A stretch of DNA of 20,207 nt from Asterionella formosa. Its lineage: Eukaryota. Where the stretch lies: positions 62,001 to 82,207 of the forward strand of contig NKIB01012336.1 in the NCBI GenBank assembly GCA_002256025.1, in the 5' to 3' direction. Under the pieces are notes generated by a model. That model searched no databases. It worked only from the letters and a program-made list of their open reading frames with translations, and was not told the DNA's origin. Numbering within the stretch: position 1 is the first letter of the stretch; each line of letters begins with the position of its first letter. Position numbers and translations under genes: made by a program. Shown piece after piece: positions 1-8,521 of this stretch.

Positions 1-252
1 AGATTTGGATCACAGTTACATATTACATACAGTACATAGCTAGCTTACCGATACATATTGCCGGTAGGCTTCAAATTATGATGTACCAGCAACCGGTATG
101 TTAGTTCTGTACAGAGATATACCGGTTCGGCAGCATCCATGATGCGCGACAGAAATCATACTTCTTTCTATGCGATAACGGTAATACTCCACATTATTTA
201 GTTGTTACTTCGACCGGCGGCACTCGTCGCGTCAGTGCCCTCAACCACGACG

Positions 253-969
253 ATGAACATGACTACAAAACCAACGCGACGATTTTGGAACGCGGCAGCG
301 ACGCTTATTGCAGTGACGGAGCAACACCCCTTCCTAGTGGCCATGGTAGATGGCTCCTTGGACATGGAGTCCTTTCGATACTACGCAGTGCAAGATGCAC
401 TGTACCTCAAAGATTTTGCAGCATGTCTCCGTCGACTTGGGAATAATACCACAATACCAGAACACTACCAACAGCGACTCCATGCCTTTGCCAAAGGTGC
501 CGAAGAAGCTGAGATGAGTTTGCACCATTCCTTCTTCAAAATGTGGGACATTAGTGCGGATGGAGTGGAACAAATGCCAAACAGTTTGCTGTACACCAGT
601 TATATGGAGCGCATAGTAGCGACCAAGTGCCATGAGGAGGGGCTAGCAGTCTTGCTTCCTTGTTTTTGGATATATTGGCATGTTGGCAAGTGTATGCTCA
701 AGTTGCGACAAGAATTGGGAGACTCAGTGGCGAGACCTACGCAGTTTGACGCCTGGATTGACATGTATAGTGGGGATGAATTTGAAAAGGAAGTTATGGA
801 CTACATTGACATGGTGGACGACTCCTGTAAGGGTGTTGGTGAAAGCACATTGAAGGAAATGGAGAAGCACTTTATCATGTCTTGTAAACTCGAACACATG
901 TTTTGGGATCAAGCACAGTACAAGATGGAGTGGCCCGTCATCGTTGGGTCTGCACAACCTGAGCATTAA
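253..969 (+). CDS. tenA: TenA/THI-4 family thiaminase II (aminopyrimidine aminohydrolase), Cys-type (TenA_C), ~238 aa, no intron needed
   Basis: Family motifs HPF..M.DGSL...FRYY.VQD.LYL..FA, LLPCFWIY (catalytic Cys), WIDMYS..EF and E..FWDQA. The first in-frame ATG is at 253; the ORF-track start at 202 is TTG. Confidence 0.9.
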   Translation: MNMTTKPTRRFWNAAATLIAVTEQHPFLVAMVDGSLDMESFRYYAVQDALYLKDFAACLRRLGNNTTIPEHYQQRLHAFAKGAEEAEMSLHHSFFKMWDISADGVEQMPNSLLYTSYMERIVATKCHEEGLAVLLPCFWIYWHVGKCMLKLRQELGDSVARPTQFDAWIDMYSGDEFEKEVMDYIDMVDDSCKGVGESTLKEMEKHFIMSCKLEHMFWDQAQYKMEWPVIVGSAQPEH

Positions 970-1872
970 CGAACTATAGCATACTATAAATAAGGCTATT
1001 CAAAAATCATGTTCTATGCAATACAAGGTAATGCAACCAGGGCCGATTCATTCTCTTATCTGCAATCAATTTTCACCATTCCTTCATGAAGGAGTGACCA
1101 TGGAAAGCCTTTCAAACAACCTCTCTTATTGGGTCATGGAAGTGCAATGACAATGAACTGAGAAATAGGAAGGCTATAATCTGCTATTACTTTATGTACA
1201 AATGCTTGATAACATGTATATTAAACATGACAAACGCCATCAACTTTCTCCAACCACTCTCATTGCCTGTGACATTATTGACAAAACCAGCCATGACACC
1301 CTCTCAATTAATTCAGTAGTTCGATACTGTCTCAGTATTTTATACAACACCAAATTTTGATACATTCTTGTGATTCGAATGGATATTGGGTGAAGGTTCC
1401 TTGGCTGTCTATATTCCTCCAGAAATCAGTTATCAATCCTGGAAGTCTGGGCATGGTATTCTCATCAACCACAAGGAGTTGCCTTGTGCAGTGCCTCATG
1501 CAGCTTGGAAAGCAACAGCTTCATGAACTCAAATACTGATAGTATTGCAATGCTTGTATTATTCACATGTTGTTCAGTGGATGGCAAAACCCTTTCAGTT
1601 AGTCATTTTTGGTACTTTAGAAATAGCTATATATGTAAACCACATTTCTTCATTATTCTCAAGGGTACCAGAGGTACCAGCAAGTTGCAGTTATTTTGCC
1701 GAAACTGAAATTTGGCGCCAGCAGACACTCAAATTCGAATCCTCCGGTTGAATAAATTCGACATATAGAAATTCCTAACGGTTTTTCGCTGGCCAGTTAA
1801 TTCAATTTTAACAAAATCTAATTTTAAAGAATGATTTTCTGAAAAAACCAGTTTCTGGACCTTGCTACATTT

Positions 1873-1883
1873 GGGGGGGGGGG
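1873..1883. repeat. poly-G tract (G11)
   Basis: Eleven consecutive G, read directly. Confidence 0.9.
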
Positions 1884-1949
1884 TTCCCTCCAATCTCAAT
1901 TCTGAGTGTTGACATTCCTTATTCCAGTATTCTCCTTGTTAACATGCAT

Positions 1950-1964
1950 TTCATAGACTACTAC
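1950..1964 (+). repeat. left copy of a 15-bp direct repeat (putative target-site duplication)
   Basis: TTCATAGACTACTAC, identical to 2341-2355. Confidence 0.9.
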
Positions 1965-2340
1965 AAGGGAATGGCTCAGTTGGTTGGGCACATTGCATTT
2001 GATTTGAAGTTGTGTGGTTAGATTCCCGCAATTTTTCTGAGAAGCAATTGTTGGGTTCCAACTCCACAATCCTCACCATCCAAAGCAGTCTTGCCTGGTG
2101 TGCAAGAAAAAATTGGTTGTCCCCCTACAATCAGTGTGACGCCTTCCTACTAGGTGGTTGGAGTTTTCCCTATCGCTGTGGCTAAGACAATCACCTTTTG
2201 CAAAAGGTGGTTGGGGATTCACCTGCCTATCCATGCTTACAAAACTAGGGAAGCACACAGACTTGTAGGCAGGCCATGCTATGAAATTCCAAGTGTAACC
2301 CGTGGTCTAAGACAGCGCATTATAAGTGAGTTTCAATTTG
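1965..2340 (+). mobile_element. tRNA-derived SINE-like element, 376 bp
   Basis: Starts immediately after the left repeat. Box A TGGCTCAGTTGG at 1972-1983 (tRNA position 8 onward). D-stem GCTC/GGGC at 1974-1977/1986-1989 (positions 10-13/22-25). Box B-like GGTTAGATTCC at 2016-2026 (positions 52-62). Anticodon and acceptor stems do not pair. Flanked by an exact 15-bp direct repeat. Confidence 0.72.
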
Positions 2341-2355
2341 TTCATAGACTACTAC
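2341..2355 (+). repeat. right copy of the 15-bp direct repeat (putative target-site duplication)
   Basis: TTCATAGACTACTAC, identical to 1950-1964. Confidence 0.9.
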
Positions 2356-3799
2356 TATATACCTGTATGAATGTACAGAAGTGCAAGTGGCTGTGGTACA
2401 TACCGGTATGCATCATATGAACATATTTTTTCCATTACCATTATGATAACAGAGCATGAAAAAATTAATATTAATTTTAAATTTTTTACAACTGCTCAAC
2501 AATTTAATTCGTTTCTTATATAGAATAAAAGTATCGATAGCAAGTAGCAAAAGAAATGTTCACAACACTTTGACATTCATTGCAAAATAGCTAAAAAAGA
2601 AAATCAGCGGAAGAATGGTGCTCAACCACAATGACAATATCTCCATGATTCCATGCCTGATCAAAACCCAAATATTTCTTAATTGATCCTTGAAACGCGC
2701 TGTTCATGATTGACCTGTAAAGATTTTTATAGCAACAGAACTAGAAAGTAACATACACGTGCGCCATTCAACTGTTTCAGCATGGAGTCATTTAATTGAG
2801 AGCAAAACACCTGCATTAGCCAGGCAGCACACCAACTCACTCATGCATGCAAAAGATCGCTCTTGTTCTGAAATGGGCTACCAAAATGTCAAATAAATGT
2901 AGATAACAATAACAGATCAGTGTAACTTATCGCTCCCATCTCTGATAGTATGATGACAAAAACTGAAAATAATCTTTCCTTAAAAGACTTCATTACGGAT
3001 ATCCATGTTGCATCACTTCACATTCTTCTTCTATCCCTTCTGCTTTAAAAGGTACAGTCACTTAATGAAAAAGCCTGTTCAAATTTCAAATGAAGAATTT
3101 AAAGAAAAACAGTATGAGTTATCGTTCCTTTGGTGATATGATAAGAAAAAACCCAAACAAACTAATCTTACCTTAAAAGCATCCAGTAGTGTGCATCATT
3201 ACATCATCAGAATGAAGGATTTATCAATGGTGAGACGCTGGTTGTAAGGATTGTCCCCAGCCATTTTGGAACAATATTGCTCATTGTTGTGTGAAATGTG
3301 GTTTTTACATATTCAGATGGTCAAACGCACATCCTAGCGCTGCCATGCTGATTTCCTCTTTGTACCACAACAACGTACAATCTATACGAATTTTTTTGGC
3401 GCAGCCTTGCTAATAGTTTCGTTCGGACCAATTTCTGAGGCTACAAGTGCGACTCTAAACAAAGATGATAAGTAGGAGAGGGTACAGCGAATGATTACTT
3501 CTATTAGCTCATGCACTGGATGACCTACTAGACTTCCATTAGAGTAACAAGTAAACACGTCATGGAATTTGTATTGAAAATAAATCAACTTATAGATTTA
3601 AAAAATTTAATCTTCATCCCTACAAATTTTTGATATGTCCTTTCTTCGCCAATTAAATATATCTCAAAAATATCTTAGAAGGAGGATGTTAACTCTGAAG
3701 AATTGTGATGAAATTTTGTTCTACCATGTCTTCCTCAATTTTCAGTGTGATTCGTACATTCCTGGTAATAGATACAACGACAATGACAATGAAAACAAG

Positions 3800-4600
3800 G
3801 CGACACTTGGAATAAGATGTTTTATTGGTGAGGGATAATGTCAAATGCAATGAGTACTTGGCCACTGTAGCCATGAGTTCCTTATCGCCTTCCACATCAT
3901 CCAACCTTAAAAAGACGTAGTCGTTCAAGGTCATTTTCTTGCTGCTTCCGTCTGGGTAATACCAAAACCAAGAGTTCTAAATGCCCACTACAAGTTGCTG
4001 ACGATTTCCTGTGACCTGAAATCATCTGCCCATATGCACGATCAACTGCCTCGCCACATGCCTCAATATTCTCAATGCCACCAAATCTTCCTATGAAGAC
4101 AACGATGTCGACAATGACGATGATGATGATGCCTTGGATTCTTGGTGCTTGTTCGAAATCCTAGTTGCCAGCCCCGAAGCAATGTTACTTAGCTCTTGTG
4201 GTTTGAACGATTTGACACATTTCTTGTCTCCATCTAACAAATCAGCAAATCATTCAATCACAGTCTCATTTCCCTTGGCATAAATTCTACTTGTTGCAAA
4301 GGCCTATATGGAATTACTAAACTCTTGAGGCTTTGGAGCTGTTTGGTCCAAGCTCTTTAGTATGCTTGCAAAAACAGCTTCCGTTGCACTCTTGGATGTA
4401 CTGAGGGCCCAAAGGAGATTGGCAATTTTTTGATTTTGTTGGTCGCTGACAAGGGTTGTAAAAGTGCTCATTGTAAAACACAGCATCCAAAAGTGTCTCT
4501 GATAGCAATGATAGTGTTGGATTCCAATCGACTCCAGCACTTGTGTCAGAAACTTGAATGATATTGCCACAAGGTTGTCCATGACTTGTTCCGTCAGACC
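3800..4600 (-). pseudogene. degraded fragment of an OPR (octotricopeptide repeat)/RAP-type helical-repeat RNA-binding protein gene; boundaries approximate
   Basis: Reading through stops and frameshifts gives four repeat cores: QKIANLLWALST, KPQEFSNSI*AFAT (TAG at 4304-4306 where W is expected), FKPQELSNIASGLAT and FRSQEIVSNL*WAFRTLG. The first three are spaced 35 and 43 codons apart. Frameshifts near 4030 and 3935. Confidence 0.65.
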
Positions 4601-5968
4601 GTCGTTTCAAATGAAATTGTGAAACACCCTTCAATTTGATTCTAGTCTTTTTCGAATCAAAAACTATTCGAATGTGTGGTTGTGTTGGACTGGGTGATGG
4701 ATAGTTGTGCACAATTTTCCCTTATAATGTATTACTGGTATATCTTTGTTATGTGAATGAATAAGCTGTATTTGAATGTGGATTCAAAAAGAGACATCAA
4801 AGGATAACAGGAAGACAACGGTGTTTGCGTAGCAAGAACAAGGAGGCACAGCTCTCACAGCTGCTGCTTTGAAAAAGATCCGCAAAGCCAAGGCTTTTCG
4901 TACCACTGCTAATGAATAATCCACAACGACAAATGATACAAGGCGTGACTTGGTCTCTTTGGAAGCTGCAGCATCAAGTGTGAATAACAGTTGAGCATGA
5001 CCATGATGACGACAAATCGGAGCAGGAGGAAAGGATTGGGACAATTATTACGCTTGTTAGAGCGGATTGGTGAGTACAACAGTGAAACACTGAATGTGAT
5101 TATAGGTACTTATAGTCGAATTTTCGATTTGATTGCTTCCATGGTCCGTTTTGATTGCTTCCATCATTGTTTGTTGCTCCGCACTGTTGTTTTGTTTCGA
5201 TTGTATCTATCTGCATAAGAATTAATGTATTTATCGATGACTACTCTTCGACTATGTATTGTTGTTGATCGTATTTGTTGATTTGTATAGTCATTTACCA
5301 TGATGTTAATATTGCCGCCAAGCAATGCTTTTCTTGTTCTAACATGCTTTGCTACATTTCTACTATGAGTTTGTATCAAAAGCTACATAAATACTCAGCT
5401 AGAGGGAGTAGATAGTAGTGCTGGAGCAGCCTGGAGATCATACTCAATCAGAATGGATTGGAATGGAATGATGATCAGGCTTGTTTGGTGGGAGGAATGA
5501 CTGTGGGCGGTAGGACTGCAACTTTTGTCATGCTACTACAGCGATGTGAATGGTTGCAGCAGCCAAATCATCTACACTACATAGCGATGCAGGTCTAAAT
5601 TGGGTTCAGCTTTTTTCCTTCTTATTTCAGTCTTTGATTGTGTGGTGATGGAAAGTCAATTGCCTGTGTAAGCACAACAATGTCACAATGCATACATCTC
5701 CATTGAAACTCCTATTTTTACTTCATTTCTAAATGAGAACAATTTTTTCTTTTTCTCATTTGATGCTACTTATTGCATCCCATTTCATGCTTTGGTTGCT
5801 CCAAACATCATGTTCAAATTTTATTGATGTTGCATGTTACAATCATTTTTGTGTGTTTTATGCTTGTTGTACCCTTTCTCTGTATTTTACTGTTATTCTG
5901 GCTGTCATGCTAAAATCGGCAAATTTAATGCCGAAAAATCGATGTGCCCTATATTGGCTGCTCCTAAA

Positions 5969-6012
5969 TAAAAATTACTTAAACAAATTGCTTAGAGCCT
6001 AAAAATTACTTA
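5969..6012 (+). repeat. three short direct repeats AAATTRCTTA (TAAAAATTACTTA twice)
   Basis: Copies at 5969-5981, 5985-5994 and 6000-6012. Confidence 0.6.
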
Positions 6013-6361
6013 GAAGTACCCGAATGGCAAGACAATAGCTGGAGCGGGAATTGCTGCTTCACTGTAATAACCTTGGTTATTTGTTTTCAAGTCTGACTTG
6101 TTGGCATCAGACTTTGGACTCAAGTCCAGAGTTGGTATAAATAACTAATAATCTTATTTTTTCCACAAATATTACTTATGTGCCTGGTACCTTCTGCTGG
6201 TAGTTAGATACTTCACTAGGCACCTTGCACCCATGCAAAGGTGCCAAATAAAACGGTTATTTTGACATGACTTGTGGTAGAACTACTGGTATATATCTTA
6301 AAATAATATACACACACCCTGTACTGGTATCCATAGTAGATATACTGGTAGTTCATCTCCT

Positions 6362-6784
6362 GTCGCTTTTTTACTATTATTTGATCCTACTCCCTGGAGC
6401 AATGGAAAGCCTGGAATGATTTTGTTCATGGAGCCTCAATCACTCACTGCTTAACAGACATGCCATACCTGCACTCTTATGACCACAGTCACCTCCGCTT
6501 ATGCAAATCAATCTTATCAGTCTCAGCTGATGAACAGGGACATCTCATTGGTCTACCATTCTCCACTTGTCTCATGAATGCTCCCACTGCTCTTGCTGCT
6601 TGTTTAGAAATATATAAATCTAGTGAAACACATCTAATTCATCAACTCTGACAAGATCAATGCCAACAGGGCTCCATCTGCCAATTTCTTATTCGACGTG
6701 TTCTCCCTCGCCAGCCCTCTCATCCTGTCTGACAACATTCTACATTCCAAGTGGGCGCTACATGCCCAGGTGCGACTGAAAAAG
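6362..6784 (+). mobile_element. probable 5'-truncated 3' end of a non-LTR retrotransposon (LINE) ORF, decayed
   Basis: One frame reads RFFTII*SYSLEQWKAWNDFVHG...LPFSTCL...LAACLEIY...HQL*QDQCQQGSICQFL. This resembles the IW...W..RN..HG C-terminal motif of LINE polyproteins, with apparent R-to-C/H/stop and W-to-stop decay. It ends in an A-rich GAAAAAG. ATCTCCT occurs at 6355-6361 and 6791-6797 as a weak possible TSD. Confidence 0.5.
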
Positions 6785-6849
6785 TTGATAATCTCCTACA
6801 TAAGCGTACTACGGGACTTGAATGTGAATCGGGTAGTTCATCAATTTAT

Positions 6850-6879
6850 TACCTGGTACCTGGTACCAGGTACCAGGTA
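6850..6879. repeat. perfect 30-bp palindrome built from 7-bp units (ACCTGGT x2, ACCAGGT x2)
   Basis: TACCTGGTACCTGGTACCAGGTACCAGGTA equals its own reverse complement. Confidence 0.95.
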
Positions 6880-7326
6880 CCTGCAAGCTTACCGATGTAC
6901 TAATGCATACACCATACGATTCATACATGATTTCCTTTGCTTTTGCTGTATGTACTTATTTATAGCACGTTACTGGTATATTAGTCAACTATAATTCTGT
7001 TCAACATCAGCATGCAACTTCTGCTTTGAGGAGATAAAGATTGGTTAAAATACATAACGGGATACTTTTTATCACCGCTTCACAGAAAAGTATCGAAATT
7101 GTCAGACGTGCGGTATTCTAAATCATTATTATTGTACATACCTATATTTGGATATCTGATGTTATCAGCCAAAACACCGCCACGCTTCAACACGGAATAC
7201 TTTCCATCACTTGGAACCCCTTTGAGCCTCTCTAAAATACCTGTGTATAAAACGAACCTTTTTTCCAGATTGAACCGGATAACCTGAAAGTGGACTTCCC
7301 ATTGCACGAAACCGAAACGACTCACA

Positions 7327-8391
7327 ATGAAAATGATCCTCCGCCCTCTTCCGTTCCTATCATCCGTGATGGTGGTACTATTTATAGTTTTCTTAGGCGT
7401 TCGTCAAACCAGCATGTTGGCTCCGACACAAATGGAACAGGATTCTCCCTTGTTGAATCAACGATCTGCCAACAAATGTCAAATTGTTCCTATTGGAGCA
7501 TGTACCTTCTGGAATAGAACTGTGCCAGAGCCAGGAAGAAAGAGCAGTTGGGTATGGACCAACTCCTGTCCGCCATCACGGGGATACGCACTTAACACAA
7601 CAAGGAAGGAAATAATAGTCCCGAGAATTAATGGGACGATACGTCGCCTGGATGAAATTACAAACAATCAAACATCATTTGTGTTCTTTGGGTCTTCTCA
7701 TATTCGAGAGCTATACAAAGAATTCATTCGATTGCACAATGGTTTTGACTTCAATAAAGTGCTCTCAAGGCAAGTCAACATGGTACATTCCGGGGTAAAA
7801 AACATGGCATGTGATCCAAATCGAACAGGCTATAAGGATGGTCTTTATGGGGTCGACCTAGATGCATGTGGCCTTCCTGGAAGACGAATGATACCAGAAC
7901 TTGGGGAGAGGGTTGCAATAGGCTTCAAGACATTTTTGCACACACCCATCGCCGATGAAAGCTTTGTCGATTGGTTAGCAATGCAAGCTTTGAGATATCC
8001 TCAAGTCATTGTGACGGATGTGGGAGTGTGGGGCCCACGGGGCAAAAAAGTGACTGCAGAGCTGAATTACACACTCACGTTAAATGAAGAGATTGACTAC
8101 AATTTAAACTGGCTACGAACTACCTTTCCGACTTCGGCTATAATCTTTATCGTGGAGCATCAATTTTATGACATTGGAATCGAGCCGTCGGTGAATCCTC
8201 GATTGCTTGAGTTTGTGATGAAGGACAAGAGGTCTGTGCTGGTAAGGAAGGACTTAATTATGCAGCAGATGCCCGCGAGAATGAAGTGTGACCATGGATG
8301 TTCTGGCCCGGTGCTTGTTGTGATCGTTCATTTAATACTTGACTGGCTAGAAGCTGAGAAGAAACGTAATTCTGGAGAATGCATTGTCTAA
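7327..8391 (+). CDS. type-II membrane SGNH/PC-esterase (TBL-like) superfamily protein, putative polysaccharide O-acyltransferase/esterase, 354 aa
   Basis: Uninterrupted ORF with an N-terminal hydrophobic anchor and a Cys-containing stem. FVFFGSSHIRELY resembles the GDS block, VIVTDVGVWG resembles NxGxW, and C-terminal CDHGCSGP resembles DCxHWC. The CDS is solid; the family assignment is moderate. Confidence 0.7.
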   Translation: MKMILRPLPFLSSVMVVLFIVFLGVRQTSMLAPTQMEQDSPLLNQRSANKCQIVPIGACTFWNRTVPEPGRKSSWVWTNSCPPSRGYALNTTRKEIIVPRINGTIRRLDEITNNQTSFVFFGSSHIRELYKEFIRLHNGFDFNKVLSRQVNMVHSGVKNMACDPNRTGYKDGLYGVDLDACGLPGRRMIPELGERVAIGFKTFLHTPIADESFVDWLAMQALRYPQVIVTDVGVWGPRGKKVTAELNYTLTLNEEIDYNLNWLRTTFPTSAIIFIVEHQFYDIGIEPSVNPRLLEFVMKDKRSVLVRKDLIMQQMPARMKCDHGCSGPVLVVIVHLILDWLEAEKKRNSGECIV

Positions 8392-8521
8392 GCAAAATAA
8401 ACAATTTTGAAAAGCTTGTGCTTTGACTACTGAATTCAAAATCACTAGTGTTTTCATCGTCTGCAAAATCTAAGTGAAGCTAATTCTAATTGGATGGAAG
8501 CAATCTTCTACTACTTGGAGC

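Noticed and set aside
1158..1167. CTGAGAAATA downstream of TenA, resembling the TPP riboswitch CUGAGA core (attractive next to a thiamine gene)
   Set aside because: No P2 pairing and no downstream ACCUGA...AUAAU...GCG P4/P5 elements are visible. An Infernal search with the Rfam TPP model would settle it.
1000..1620. Coding-like minus-strand relic (VFEFMKLLLSKL..., LLVVDENTMPRLPG...)
   Set aside because: Multiple stops and frameshifts, and no motif I can assign.
1965..2036. Functional tRNA gene
   Set aside because: Anticodon and acceptor stems do not pair and box B lacks C56. It fits better as a SINE head.
2550..3600. Possible intron-containing relic gene on the minus strand
   Set aside because: Only short broken frames and isolated GT/AG signals; no recognisable family.
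4780..5075. Protein-like plus-strand stretch ending at a GTGAGT donor-like site
   Set aside because: Several in-frame stops and no identifiable homology.
6850..6883. CRISPR-like or restriction-site array
   Set aside because: No spacers, the unit is only 7 bp, there are no cas genes, and the context is eukaryotic.
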